From assembly GCA_965204735.1 (NCBI GenBank), contig OZ242008.1:2816001-2880000 (forward strand): DNA of 64,000 nt, written 5' to 3'. Under the pieces are notes generated by a model. That model was not told the origin of the DNA, ran no database searches, and worked only from the letters and a program-made list of their open reading frames with translations. The translations under genes and the position numbers were made by a program. Origin of the DNA: Longimicrobiales bacterium. GTDB lineage: Bacteria; Gemmatimonadota; Gemmatimonadetes; Longimicrobiales; Gaopeijiaceae. Positions 38,701 to 49,054 of the stretch are shown piece by piece (positions within the stretch are counted from its first letter, which is position 1; the number at the start of each line of letters is the position of its first letter).

Positions 38701-38930
38701 GCCTGCCTGCGTTTGGCCTTGAAGGGAGTGCGTATCGCAACCCAAGCTAGCGCCGGCTGTTCACAGGCGCATTGAGCGAAGAATCGCGGAAGGTCGTTCC
38801 CCAATAATCTCGCATTGCGATGATGGGCAACGCCGGGGGCGCCTCGTCATCGGGGGCCCGAGACCGGCCGGCACCTTGGAGCCCTGCGCCTGGCCCGTAG
38901 CCGGCTGCGGAGCGCCTCCGTCATCGGGGA

Positions 38931-38957
38931 GGGGGGGGGGGGGGGGGGGGGGGGGGG
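38931..38957 (+). repeat. 27-nt poly-G tract
   Basis: Directly visible, inside the second copy of an imperfect direct repeat (38839-38869 vs 38912-38968). Confidence 0.9.
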
Positions 38958-39069
38958 CGAGACCGGCCAGTGCCAGCTTACGTCAACTAGACTTGGTGAA
39001 GTGCCTACTATGATTTACATTGGCTTTCCCTGTTCCACCCCCTTCCTTGCCGGGAAATCGCTCGCGACG

Positions 39070-40239
39070 ATGCCGGACGCTTGCCTGGACAACCGCCTGA
39101 GACGCCTTCGGAAGGGCCGGGGGCTCACGCAGCAGGAGCTGGCGGAGTTGGCGGGCGTGTCCCGCCAGACGGTCGCATCCGTCGAAGCGGGCCGGAGCGT
39201 GCCGTCCACCAGCCTGGGGCTGCAGTTGGCCCACGTCCTGGGGTGCGCGGTGGAGGACGTCTTTCAGCTGGCGGCGCCGGCGGGGATGGGGGTTCGCCTG
39301 GCCCCGGAGCCGCGCGAGGACGGACGGGTCGCCGGGCGCCGCCGCAGCGCCCGGGTCGCCGTGGGACGGGTGGCGGGGCGCTGGGTGGCCCACCGGCTTC
39401 CGTTCACCGGGGCAACCGCCGCGGACGGGATCGTCGCTTCGAGCGCGACCGAGTCCCCGTCGAGCGCCGACAGGCTCGACCCGCGACGCCCGCCCCACCC
39501 GCTCGTGCAGCCGCTGACGTCGCCCCGCAAGATCGAGCGCAACGTCCTGGTGGCCGGGTGCGCTCCCTTGCTGGGGCTCGTCGCGCAGTGGACCGGCCGA
39601 CGCTTTGCGGACGCCCGGGTTCGGTGGCTCCGGGCGGGGAACCGCAGGGCCCTGGAGCTTCTGGCGGCGGGGCTGGTGCATGTCGCCGGGCTGCACGTGC
39701 GCGGCGGCGGCGGGGAAGCGGCCAACCTTCGCGCCGTGCGGCGCGCGCTGCCGCGGCGGCGGCTCCTGGTGGTCAACCTGACCCGTTGGCGACAGGGGAT
39801 CGTCGTCCCGCCGGGCAATCCCCTGGCGATCGCCGGAGCAGGAGATCTCTTTCGGCTCGGCCTGCGCCTGGCCCGCCGGGAAAGGGGATCGGGCGCCCAT
39901 GCGCTGACCCGGCAGCTGAGGGCCGACGCGGGCGCTTGCGGACCGGGCATGGTCGGGCCGTGGGCAGAGGGCCACGAGGAGGTGGCCTGGCTGGTGCGGC
40001 GAGGGTCGGCCGATGCAGGAGTCGCCATCGAGGGCGCGGCGCTGGCGGAGGGGCTGGACTTCGTGCCCGTGGCCGAAGAGCGCTTCGACTTGGTGGTCCC
40101 CGCCGAGCTGGCCTCGAGGCCGCCGGCGTCGCGCCTCGTCGAAGCGCTGGACGACCCGGGACTGCGGGCCGAAGCGGCCGTGCTGCCGGGCTACGACCTC
40201 TCGCTGACCGGCCACGTCGCCACGGTGGAGGCGGCGTGA
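39070..40239 (+). CDS. XRE-HTH + PBP_like molybdate-responsive transcriptional regulator
   Basis: [54 protein letters not shown]; heads the modABC operon. Confidence 0.82.
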   Translation: MPDACLDNRLRRLRKGRGLTQQELAELAGVSRQTVASVEAGRSVPSTSLGLQLAHVLGCAVEDVFQLAAPAGMGVRLAPEPREDGRVAGRRRSARVAVGRVAGRWVAHRLPFTGATAADGIVASSATESPSSADRLDPRRPPHPLVQPLTSPRKIERNVLVAGCAPLLGLVAQWTGRRFADARVRWLRAGNRRALELLAAGLVHVAGLHVRGGGGEAANLRAVRRALPRRRLLVVNLTRWRQGIVVPPGNPLAIAGAGDLFRLGLRLARRERGSGAHALTRQLRADAGACGPGMVGPWAEGHEEVAWLVRRGSADAGVAIEGAALAEGLDFVPVAEERFDLVVPAELASRPPASRLVEALDDPGLRAEAAVLPGYDLSLTGHVATVEAA

Positions 40240-41120
40240 CCCTGGTTCGGGCGCTTCGTCTCGCATCGATGGCGCCTGCCGCGGCCGCCTGGGGCTGCGG
40301 CGCAGGGACTCCAGACTCCGGCGGCGACCGGCGGGCGTTGACCGTCTTCGCGGCGTCGTCCCTGACGGAGGCGTTTCAAGAGACGGCCCAGCGGTTCGAA
40401 GAACTCCATCCGGGCGTAGAGGTGACGACGGCCTTCGCGGGCAGCCAAGCGCTGCGCCTGCAGATCGAGCACGGCGCCGAAGCGGACGTCTTCGCGTCCG
40501 CGAACATGGACCACGTCCGAGCGCTGGCGGAAGCCGGGCTCGCAGCCGACCCCCGGGTCTTCGCGACGAACGAGCTGGCGGTGGTGGTGCCGCCGGACAA
40601 TCCGGCGCGCATCGAGTCCTTCGGCGACCTGCCCCGGGCCGAGCGGCTGGTTCTGGGCGCCGACGCCGTGCCGGTGGGCGCGTACGCCCGAGAGGTCCTG
40701 GCGCGGGCGACGGTTCTCTACGGCGCGGGGTTCGACGCGGCGGCCCTCGGGCGGGTCGTCTCCCACGAGAGCAGCGCTCGGCTGGCCCGGGCCAAGGTCG
40801 AGCTGGGCGAAGCCGACGCCGCCATCGTGTACCGCAGCGACGCCGTGGCCGCGGGAGCGGCCTGGACCGCCGGGGACGCCCAAGCCGCCGGGGAGTTCCC
40901 CGCCCGATTCGGCTCCGGCGCCAGGGTGCTCGCGATTCCGGCGCCGCCGTCCTTGGGCGTCCGGGCCGAGTACGCGATTGCCGCCGTCGTCGGGGCCGCG
41001 GACCGCCGGGACGTGGAAGCATGGATCGGGTTCGTGCTGTCGCCCGAGGTTCGTGGGGTTCTCGCCCGATGGGGCTTTGCGCCTGGGCGGGCGGCAGAGT
41101 CGCCGGGCACGGCGCATTGA
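40236..41120 (+). CDS. modA: Molybdate ABC transporter substrate-binding protein
   Basis: [53 protein letters not shown]. Confidence 0.9.
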   Translation: MTLVRALRLASMAPAAAAWGCGAGTPDSGGDRRALTVFAASSLTEAFQETAQRFEELHPGVEVTTAFAGSQALRLQIEHGAEADVFASANMDHVRALAEAGLAADPRVFATNELAVVVPPDNPARIESFGDLPRAERLVLGADAVPVGAYAREVLARATVLYGAGFDAAALGRVVSHESSARLARAKVELGEADAAIVYRSDAVAAGAAWTAGDAQAAGEFPARFGSGARVLAIPAPPSLGVRAEYAIAAVVGAADRRDVEAWIGFVLSPEVRGVLARWGFAPGRAAESPGTAH

Positions 41121-41914
41121 GCCGGGGCAGGCTCGGGCCGGGCGCGGCGCTCTTCCCCGGACGCTCGGCGTTCTTGGCCGCGCTTCCAATGCTGTTCCTC
41201 CTGGCCGTCCCCCTGATCGCCTTGGCCGGCGCGTCGTCCCCAACCGATCTGCTGGCGGGAGTACGCCACCCTCTCTTCGGCCCGGCCCTGCGCCTCAGCG
41301 CCCTGACGACGACGGCCAGCGTGGCGGTGGTCGTCGCGACCGGCACGCCCCTGGCGTGGTGGATCGCCACCAGCCCCCGACGACGGGTGCGCTGGGCGGA
41401 ATCGCTCGTGGAGCTGCCGATCGTGATCCCGCCGGCGGTGATCGGGATCGCCCTTCTCGAGACGTTCGGCCGCAACGGCCTCTTCGGGCCGGCGCTGGCG
41501 GCCGCCGGCGTCCGCGTCCCCTTCACGACCGCCGCAGTGGTGCTGGCGCAGGTCGTGGTGTCGGCGCCGTTCTTCGTCCAGGCCGCGGCAGCCGCGTTCC
41601 GGCGCGTGGACCAGGACCTGCTGATCGTCGCCCGCACCTTGGGCCAAGCGCCGTCGGGCGCGTTCCTTCGCGTCGCGGTCCCGCTGGCGGCGCCGGGAGT
41701 CGCGGCCGGGGCGGCGCTTTCATGGGCCCGGGCGATGGGGGAGTTCGGCGCCACCCTCCTCTTCGCGGGAAACCTGCCCGGCACGACCCAGACCATGCCG
41801 CTGGCGATCTACACCGCGCTCGAGTCCGACGCCCGCGCGGCCGTTGCCCTGGCCCTGGCGCTCGCAGCGGCCGGCGCCCTCCTCCTCCTCCCTCTCCGCT
41901 TCGCCGCGCGATGA
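41117..41914 (+). CDS. modB: Molybdate ABC transporter permease
   Basis: [50 protein letters not shown]. Confidence 0.9.
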   Translation: MSRGRLGPGAALFPGRSAFLAALPMLFLLAVPLIALAGASSPTDLLAGVRHPLFGPALRLSALTTTASVAVVVATGTPLAWWIATSPRRRVRWAESLVELPIVIPPAVIGIALLETFGRNGLFGPALAAAGVRVPFTTAAVVLAQVVVSAPFFVQAAAAAFRRVDQDLLIVARTLGQAPSGAFLRVAVPLAAPGVAAGAALSWARAMGEFGATLLFAGNLPGTTQTMPLAIYTALESDARAAVALALALAAAGALLLLPLRFAAR

Positions 41915-42816
41915 GCGCCTCCGCCAGCCCCATGCGCTGGCAGGTCGCCCTGCAGGTCGACGTCGACGACTTCCAGCTCGTTGCCGAGATGGAGGGAGAC
42001 GAGGCCCCCGTCGTCGTCGCCGGCCCCAACGGCGCCGGCAAGACCACTCTTCTGCACGCCATCTGCGGGGCTCGCCGACCGATGTCCGGAACGATCCGAA
42101 TCGGGGAGCGGACGATCTTCGACTCCGGCGCCGGGATCGACCGGGTGCCCGAGGAGCGGCAAGTGGGCTACCTGCCCCAGGGCTGCGGCCTCTTCCCGCA
42201 CCTGACCGCCGTCGACAACGTGGCGTTCGGTCTCGCAGGCCGGGCCGCTCGACGGGAAGCGGGCCGAAGCCGCCGCGTCGACCGGCGCCGAGCCGCCGTC
42301 GCCCTGATGGAGGAGATGGAGTGCGCCCACCTCGCCGACCGCTTCCCCAAGTCGCTCTCCGGGGGCGAGCGGCAGCGGGTCGCCTTGGCCCGCGCTCTCC
42401 TTCCCGACCCGGAGATGATCCTCCTCGACGAGCCCCTGTCGGCCATGGACGCGCCCGCCCGGCGAAGCTTCCGCCGTCACTTCGCAGCGCACCTTGCCAA
42501 GCGAAGGCGCCCCGCAATCGTTGTGACGCACAGCGCGGAGGACGTGCGCGCCCTCGGCTCGCCGAGGGTCTACATGCTGGAGAAGGGGAGAATCACCCAG
42601 CACGGCCTCGCAGAGGAAGTGGCGACCGCGCCGGCAACCGCCTTCGCGGCTGGGTTCTTCGCCGGTCCGCGGGCGCGCCCGGTCCTCGGCGGCGAGCGCT
42701 CCGGGCCCGTTCCGCCCGCAAGGCCCGTCCACGCCCTCCAGCCCCAGGGCGTCGATCGGACGACGGCCGCTACCGGACCCGCTCGCTCCGGGAGTACAGG
42801 AAGTAGCGGGCGGTGA
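41911..42816 (+). CDS. modC: Molybdate ABC transporter ATP-binding protein
   Basis: [34 protein letters not shown]. Confidence 0.88.
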   Translation: MSASASPMRWQVALQVDVDDFQLVAEMEGDEAPVVVAGPNGAGKTTLLHAICGARRPMSGTIRIGERTIFDSGAGIDRVPEERQVGYLPQGCGLFPHLTAVDNVAFGLAGRAARREAGRSRRVDRRRAAVALMEEMECAHLADRFPKSLSGGERQRVALARALLPDPEMILLDEPLSAMDAPARRSFRRHFAAHLAKRRRPAIVVTHSAEDVRALGSPRVYMLEKGRITQHGLAEEVATAPATAFAAGFFAGPRARPVLGGERSGPVPPARPVHALQPQGVDRTTAATGPARSGSTGSSGR

Positions 42817-43414
42817 AGGAGAGCACGCCGTCGAAGATCTCCGTCCCCCAGGTGAACTTCCCCACCGGTCGCAACCCCGCTTCGTAGCGCGCGCCGACCG
42901 CTGTCCTGCCGACCTCGAGCTCGGCGCCCATGACCACCCCGGCTTCCCAGGCTCGACGGGTCAAGCTCGCATCGTTGGAGCAATCGGCGCCGTCGATCCT
43001 GCACCTCACGGTCAAGCCCAGGGAAACGCCGGCAAGCAGGTGCGGCCGGACCAGCTCCGACGGGCCGGTGTGCAGCTGGGCCAAGAGCGGGATCTCGACC
43101 GACACCGACTCCATGGTCCTGACGTCGCTGCCGGCAGGTCCCGTGCGGAAGCGCGAACCCTTGGTCGAGAAGTAGAGCTCCGGCCGAAGGGAAAACGTCT
43201 CGGTGACCAGAACGGTCGTCGTCCCGCCCACCATGAAGCCCGTCCGCGCGTCGGCGCCCGAGGAGCCGCTGCCCGTGGCCATCGACCGGTTCAGCCCGGC
43301 CATCACCCCCACCGACAGCTGGGCCGTCGCTCCACTCCCCGCGGCTGCCGCCGAGGCGACGACCAGGAGGCCTGTCGGCAGCGCCTTCCCGAGCACGGCA
43401 ACTCTCCTGGTCAT
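42770..43414 (-). CDS. Outer-membrane beta-barrel (PorT/porin-like) protein
   Basis: Signal peptide, [38 protein letters not shown]. Confidence 0.7.
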   Translation of the reverse strand: MTRRVAVLGKALPTGLLVVASAAAAGSGATAQLSVGVMAGLNRSMATGSGSSGADARTGFMVGGTTTVLVTETFSLRPELYFSTKGSRFRTGPAGSDVRTMESVSVEIPLLAQLHTGPSELVRPHLLAGVSLGLTVRCRIDGADCSNDASLTRRAWEAGVVMGAELEVGRTAVGARYEAGLRPVGKFTWGTEIFDGVLSFTARYFLYSRSERVR

Positions 43415-44394
43415 CCGTCTTGCCGGCTGTCGTACGCGATCATGCACCCGCCGGAATCGAGGGCGAGGGACATCCGGGGCGGGTCGCCCAGGATCGAGAG
43501 CAGCTCGCGTTGCTTCTCCTTGGCGACGAGAAAGAGGTAGAAGCCGCCGCCTCCCGCGCCGAGCAGCTTGCCGCCCCAAGCGCCCGCCTTCTTCCCCATC
43601 TCGTGCATGCGGTCGATCTCGGGGTCGGTGACGCTGTCCGACAGCCTCCGCTTCGTCCGCCAGCTCTCGTCGAGCATTTCGCCGATCAGCCGCACGTCCA
43701 GCCGCTCCGCAGAGAGTGCCCGCTTGGTCTCCACGGCGATTCGGTGAAGCGACTTGAGGCAGGCGAGGTTCGCCCGCCGCCTGGCTGCCTGCTGCGCCAG
43801 CAGCGGCGCGGCCTTGCGTCGGCGCCCGGTGAACACCAGCAAGGCGCTCTCCTCCAGGAGCGTCTGGTTCTCCCGAGACAGCGGCAAAGGTTCGACCCGA
43901 GCCCCCCGGCCGTCGAACTCGATCGCCTTCAGGCCCGGGTACACGACGCCGAACTGGTCCTGCCATCCCGAGGGCATGCGCAGCGTTTCGGTCTCGATGC
44001 TCACGGCTTCCCTGGCAAGGTCCTCCCGTCGGTGCTCCAGGTTCAGCAGGGCGCGCACCGCCCTCACGACGCCCGCCGCCACGGCGCCGCTGGAGCCCAG
44101 CCCCGTGCCCGCGGGCACCTCGCCCACCATCGCCATCTCCACGCCGGAGCGCAGCCCGTAGGACTCCAGGACGGCCCGCACGATCTCATGCTTCAGCTCG
44201 TCGGCGCGACGGACGAACTCGGTCTTGAAGTAGGAGAGCCTCACGCTGTCGTCCAGGCGAGAAGTGAGGCACGTGTAGAAGTACTTCCGTATCGCGACGC
44301 TGACCACCAATCCGTCGTGGTCGCGAAAGTGCGACGGAAAGTCGGTCCCGCCACCGGCCAAGCTGACACGGTAGGGCGTGCGCGTAATGATCAC
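43411..44394 (-). CDS. hddA: GHMP kinase, D-glycero-alpha-D-manno-heptose-7-phosphate kinase-like
   Basis: IITRTPYRVSLAGGGTDFP, VPAGTGLGSSGA, GWQDQ, GGKLLGAGGGGF. Confidence 0.82.
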   Translation of the reverse strand: MIITRTPYRVSLAGGGTDFPSHFRDHDGLVVSVAIRKYFYTCLTSRLDDSVRLSYFKTEFVRRADELKHEIVRAVLESYGLRSGVEMAMVGEVPAGTGLGSSGAVAAGVVRAVRALLNLEHRREDLAREAVSIETETLRMPSGWQDQFGVVYPGLKAIEFDGRGARVEPLPLSRENQTLLEESALLVFTGRRRKAAPLLAQQAARRRANLACLKSLHRIAVETKRALSAERLDVRLIGEMLDESWRTKRRLSDSVTDPEIDRMHEMGKKAGAWGGKLLGAGGGGFYLFLVAKEKQRELLSILGDPPRMSLALDSGGCMIAYDSRQDG

Positions 44395-45044
44395 GTACGC
44401 GATTGGGAGAGCATGTCGATCACCGAGTGGAGCATGGCTTCGTGGGCCAGCTCCGCATGGCCGTAGACCCTGGTGGGCGTGTGGAAGGACAACGTCGCGG
44501 CCAGGCTGTTGAGCCGATTGGTCGGCGAGAACGCGGAGAAGGTCACCAAGCTCATCCCCGTCTCGAGCCCGGCTCGTGCCGCGTCGACCACGTTCTGCGA
44601 CATGCCGGAGCTGGAGATCGCCATCAGCACGTCTCCCTGGCAAGCCGAGACGGCAAGAGGCTTCCTGAACACGCTTTCGTAGCCGAAGTCGTTCGAGACG
44701 CAGGTGATCAGCGAGGCGTCGTTGAAGGTGTGGGACCGAACGCCGCCCGCGTTCAGCAGGTCCTGCGACATGTGGGACGCCACCGCCGCGCTTCCGCCGT
44801 TGCCGATCCAGAAGACGGAGCGGGTCGAGCCGCCCTTGCCGCCGACGGACCAAAGCCGCGCCAGCGCCGCCAGGCCCTGGGCAAGGGGAACGGATTCGCC
44901 CCGGTGCCTGCAGGTCGACCGAACCAGCAGCTCGGCGAGGGCGCCGAGCCACTCCAGCGCGGCGGCGCCGGGCGCGCTGCCGTCGGTCGGGGCTTCGCGC
45001 GTCGCTTCGTCGGGGGGGGCGTCCCTCGCGCCGGCCGTCCTCAC
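44391..45044 (-). CDS. gmhA: SIS-domain phosphoheptose isomerase-like protein
   Basis: IGNGGSAAVASH, TCVSNDFGYESVF, GDVLMAISSSGMSQNV, YGHAELAH. Confidence 0.8.
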   Translation of the reverse strand: MRTAGARDAPPDEATREAPTDGSAPGAAALEWLGALAELLVRSTCRHRGESVPLAQGLAALARLWSVGGKGGSTRSVFWIGNGGSAAVASHMSQDLLNAGGVRSHTFNDASLITCVSNDFGYESVFRKPLAVSACQGDVLMAISSSGMSQNVVDAARAGLETGMSLVTFSAFSPTNRLNSLAATLSFHTPTRVYGHAELAHEAMLHSVIDMLSQSRT

Positions 45045-46477
45045 AACGGCCCGTTCTCCCATGGCCCCCACAGCGCGTAGGTGGCGCTCGGCGTCGTGCC
45101 GCCGATCTGGCGCGAGCCTTGTTGATTGAAGAACAGCACGCGCCCGTCGGGGCTGAAGCAGGAGCCGGCGAACTCGCCCGGCTGCGGACCGTCGCCGGCC
45201 CTCGGCGCCCGCACCAGATTCACGATCCGCCCTTCCTTGTCCAGGCCTCGCACGTACTGGTCGTCGGTGCCGTCCTCGCACATCACCAGCCCGCCCCTGG
45301 GGCTGAGCACGATGTTGTCGGGGCTGTCCAGCACGTCCTTGGAGGGCGACTCGAAGACGAGGGAGAGCTTGCCGGCCTCGTCGGAGTCGGGCCGGTAGTG
45401 GAAGACCTGGCCGGCCCTGGCGTTGCCGCCGTTGGTCGATACGACGTATATGCCTTCGTCGCCCCAGAAAGCGCCTTCGAGCCGCGCAAAGACCGCCGCG
45501 CCCCTCGCCAATCCCTGCTTGAAGACCGCCAGCGAGTCGTGGTCGGCGGCGGCCGGGTCCGGGTCGTCGATCTCCACCCAGTGGACCGGCACGACGGTTC
45601 CCGGCGCCTGGTCGCGGGCGGTCAAGTACCGGGGAGCGCCCGTGACGGCCATCACCTGGAGTCGGCCTCCGGCCGCCAGCCTTCCGGGTTCGTGCGGAAC
45701 GAAGCGGTAGAACCCGGCGCCGGGAAGGTCCTCCCGACCTGGCACGTACCACGCGTCCTCCGTCTCGTAGACGATCCCCGAGTCGGGGTCGACGGCGACC
45801 GCCTCGTGCACGAAGCGTCCCATCGCCTTGAGGGGGACCGGGTCCACCGGCCCTTCGGCGGCAGCCGGCACTTCGAAGACGTAGCCGTGAGGTTGGTCGT
45901 ACCCGTCGTCGCGGCCGGACGTGATCTCTTCGCACGAGAGCCAGCTGCCCCAGGGGGTGGAGCCGCCGGCGCAGTTGACCAGCGTGCCGGCAAGCGACGC
46001 GAACTCGTCCACCAGCTCCACCTCCAGCCCGCCGGGGCCGGCCGAGAGGCGCACTTCCAGGGAAGTGGTGCCGCCGCTGGCCTTGCCGTCGTAGTGGGGC
46101 GAGCCGATGGGCCGCCCCTTGTCGGGGCCGTCCACCATCTCGTGGTTGCGGATCAGGCGGACGTTGCCGTTGGGGAGGGGAAACGCCGCCATGCCGTCAA
46201 AGGCGTTGGGAACGGCCAGGCCGTCCCGGACCGCCGACGGCACGCCGCCGGAGCTGATCCGCGCGCAGCGGAAGCTCTCGGGGATTTCGATCTCCGGGCA
46301 CTCGGGGCTGGGCACGAGTTCGCCGTAGGGCTTGACTTGACGAGTGGGCGGCGAGCCCTTCGGGCGCCGGGCCGCCGCGTCGCAACAGGCGGCCAGCCCG
46401 GCGGCGGACGGGGTAAGGACCGCTCCCCCTCCGGCGGCGGCCAGCGCTTTGAGAAAGGAGCGTCGAACGATCGACAT
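45041..46477 (-). CDS. phoX: Alkaline phosphatase PhoX (DUF839), Tat-exported
   Basis: RRSFLK Tat motif, DGMAAF, LIRNHE, NCAGGSTPWGSWLSCEE, MGRFVHEA, SPDN, CEDG. Confidence 0.9.
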   Translation of the reverse strand: MSIVRRSFLKALAAAGGGAVLTPSAAGLAACCDAAARRPKGSPPTRQVKPYGELVPSPECPEIEIPESFRCARISSGGVPSAVRDGLAVPNAFDGMAAFPLPNGNVRLIRNHEMVDGPDKGRPIGSPHYDGKASGGTTSLEVRLSAGPGGLEVELVDEFASLAGTLVNCAGGSTPWGSWLSCEEITSGRDDGYDQPHGYVFEVPAAAEGPVDPVPLKAMGRFVHEAVAVDPDSGIVYETEDAWYVPGREDLPGAGFYRFVPHEPGRLAAGGRLQVMAVTGAPRYLTARDQAPGTVVPVHWVEIDDPDPAAADHDSLAVFKQGLARGAAVFARLEGAFWGDEGIYVVSTNGGNARAGQVFHYRPDSDEAGKLSLVFESPSKDVLDSPDNIVLSPRGGLVMCEDGTDDQYVRGLDKEGRIVNLVRAPRAGDGPQPGEFAGSCFSPDGRVLFFNQQGSRQIGGTTPSATYALWGPWENGPL

Positions 46478-46702
46478 CGGCTTGGCGCGGAGTCCTGTGG
46501 CTAGGGGGCTCGGTCGTCGTCAAAGGTAACCGCTGAGGCCGCCGCCTGCGCCCTGTGCACGGACGATGGCGCCGTTCAGCGGGGTCGCGACCCGCATCGA
46601 TTTCGCAGGATGTTTTCGCGCGTCTGTTCTCGTCGCTACTTTCTCGTCAACCGTGCTCCTCCTTCACCGGAGAGGGCTTCGCTTCACCAAGAGATCGGCG
46701 CA

Positions 46703-47908
46703 ATGACCAAGAACGCGAACGCAACCGACACGACCGCTCCGAGGGCCACGCTGTGGGAAAGGCGGGAGTTCCTCAAGACGACGGCGGCCGCGGCCGGCGC
46801 GCTGGGCATCGGCGCGGCGTGCACGGCCGGGACGGACTCGCCGCCGGCGCCGCCGTCCCCCCTCTCAATCCTGATCCTGGGCGGCACGGGCTTCATTGGT
46901 CCCCACATGGTCAAGTACGCCATGGCGCGGGGCCACACGCTCACACTCTTCAACCGGGGCAGGACCAACACCCATCTCTTCCCGGACGTGGAGAAGCTGG
47001 TGGGCGACCGGGCGAACGACCTGGCCGCCCTGGAGGGGCGCACCTGGGACGCGGTCATCGACAACTCGGGCTTCATCCCCAGGCATGTGCGCGAGTCGGC
47101 CGCGCTCCTGGCCGACTCGGGGCGCTACGCCTTCGTCTCGACGATCTCCGCCTACAAGGACCTGGCCACGCCCGGGATCACCGAAGAGTACGACGTGGCG
47201 CGGCTGGAAGACCCGGCGCTGGAAGACACGGACGAGTGGGACGGCGCCACCTACGGACCGTTCAAGGCCCTCTGCGAAGAGGCCGTGCAGGAAGTCTTCG
47301 GCGACCGGGCCAACATCGTCCGCCCGGGCTACATCGTGGGACCCCGGGACGGAACCGACCGCTGGACCTACTGGCCGGTCCGGGTGGCCGCCGGAGGCGA
47401 CGTGGCCGTGCCCGGAACTCCCGAAGACCCCGTCCAGTTCATAGACGCCCGAGACTTGGCGCAGTGGATCGTGCGCATGATGGAGGACGGCGTCGGCGGC
47501 GTCTTCAACGGCGTGGGACCGGCCGAGCAGATCGACATGGCGACCATGCTGGAGACGTGCCGAGAAGTCAGCGGCAGCGACGCCGCCTTCCACTGGATGG
47601 AGTTCGAGTTCGTTCGGGAGCAGGGGGCGTTCTTCCCGATCTGGGCGCCCCCCGAGGGCGACTTCGCCGCCGCGCACATGGTGTCCAACGCGGCCGCGGT
47701 GGCCGCGGGCTACGCCAGCCGCCCGGTCGCCGACACGATCCGCGACACCCTGGCTTGGTGGAACGAAGAGGCCCTGGCCGACCGGCCCGACGGCATGCGC
47801 AACGGACTCCGCACGCGGGAGATGGAGAGGGGACCGGCTGCCATGGAGGCGATGCGGGAAGCGGAGCGGGCGCTGCTGGAGGCTTGGACGGCGCGCGACG
47901 CCCAATAG
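46703..47908 (+). CDS. Tat-signal NAD-dependent epimerase/isoflavone-reductase-like SDR
   Basis: RREFLK, ILILGGTGFIG, YGPFK, VRPGYIVGP. Confidence 0.85.
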   Translation: MTKNANATDTTAPRATLWERREFLKTTAAAAGALGIGAACTAGTDSPPAPPSPLSILILGGTGFIGPHMVKYAMARGHTLTLFNRGRTNTHLFPDVEKLVGDRANDLAALEGRTWDAVIDNSGFIPRHVRESAALLADSGRYAFVSTISAYKDLATPGITEEYDVARLEDPALEDTDEWDGATYGPFKALCEEAVQEVFGDRANIVRPGYIVGPRDGTDRWTYWPVRVAAGGDVAVPGTPEDPVQFIDARDLAQWIVRMMEDGVGGVFNGVGPAEQIDMATMLETCREVSGSDAAFHWMEFEFVREQGAFFPIWAPPEGDFAAAHMVSNAAAVAAGYASRPVADTIRDTLAWWNEEALADRPDGMRNGLRTREMERGPAAMEAMREAERALLEAWTARDAQ

Positions 47909-47978
47909 GACCCCAAGCTTTCCCAGGCCGGCGTCCCCTCCGTCGGGCGACAGCGACCCGCCGCCGGGTGACGTCTCC

Positions 47979-48950
47979 TCACGACCCCCGCGGCGGAGGC
48001 GCCCGTCTTCCTCCGGGGCCGGACTCGGCCTTCCACCGGTCGTAGCGCATCCGCAGCGTCTTGACGGGGTTGGCGTTCTCGTCGGGGCGGACGTTCTGGT
48101 CGTTGACGTCGATGTACAGGGAGTACTCGCCGTCGTTGAACGACTCGCCCTCCGGGTCGCCGGGGTCGGCCACGAGGATGTAGGCGACATGAGAGGTCTT
48201 GCCGTCGCAGGCCACGCCCTCGAGCAGCGGGGGAGCTTCGCAGGTGCAGCGGCGGTCGCCGCCCTGGGCGTCGGCGGCCTCCATCGCCGCCATGACCCGG
48301 TCGGCCATTGCGCCGCCCTGGGCCTTGAACGCCGCCACCGCTTGGTGGACCACGTCGTCGGAGGCCAGGATGTTTCCCTGGACCGAGAAGTAGATCCCCG
48401 CCTCCGGCACGCTGTCGGCCACTGCCAGCGAGGCCTGCCCGTTGCGGCTCCCCGAGTGCCCCGCGCATCGGCCCTGCATGTCCACGATCGCGAACTGCCG
48501 CCGCTCGAAGCTGGAGTCCGCCGCCAGCATCTCGACGATCGCCTCGGGCGCCGTCCGCTTCTTCAGTTCGCGGTAGACCAGCTCCTGGTTGGAACGGCTC
48601 CGGTCGACCCCCGCTTGGGCCACCGCCACGCCGACGCCCGGCGCGACGATCGCCTGGATGTCCATGAGGCCCTTGGCCGGGAAGCCGGCGAAGCGCTCTT
48701 GGGCCACGCAAGTGGCAGAGGCGACGATCACCTGGCCGGTCCGCGTGTCCACGGCGATCACCGACCACGTGGCCGAGAGCGACGCCGGAACGGTCAGCAC
48801 GACCAGGCACGCCGCGACGAGGCGACGGACGCAGGCGAAGCGGCGAGTGCGCTCGTGCGCCCTTGAAGCGGCCGGCGAACGTCCTCGACCGCGCGAAGGC
48901 TTCCGGGCCGGCCGGGAGGAGGGTTGCCTGGGGGAGCGGGGACGGGTCAT
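47979..48950 (-). CDS. DUF1028 domain (Ntn-hydrolase-like) protein
   Basis: ATWSVIAVD..TG, GVGVAVAQA, RQFAIVD, VQGNILAS, GGDRRC; start uncertain. Confidence 0.8.
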   Translation of the reverse strand: MTRPRSPRQPSSRPARKPSRGRGRSPAASRAHERTRRFACVRRLVAACLVVLTVPASLSATWSVIAVDTRTGQVIVASATCVAQERFAGFPAKGLMDIQAIVAPGVGVAVAQAGVDRSRSNQELVYRELKKRTAPEAIVEMLAADSSFERRQFAIVDMQGRCAGHSGSRNGQASLAVADSVPEAGIYFSVQGNILASDDVVHQAVAAFKAQGGAMADRVMAAMEAADAQGGDRRCTCEAPPLLEGVACDGKTSHVAYILVADPGDPEGESFNDGEYSLYIDVNDQNVRPDENANPVKTLRMRYDRWKAESGPGGRRAPPPRGS

Positions 48951-49054
48951 CGTAGCCTCCATCGCGTCTCGGAAGAGAGAGTCGGGGTTCGCATGAACGG
49001 GCCCCGGCGGGCGCCAAGCCCCCGGGCACGACGCCAACTTGCAGGAGTCAGCAG

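Noticed and set aside
38880..39000. Moco riboswitch upstream of the mod operon
   Set aside because: Only a vague GCCTCC...GGAG resemblance; the multi-stem consensus could not be identified by eye. An Infernal search would settle it.
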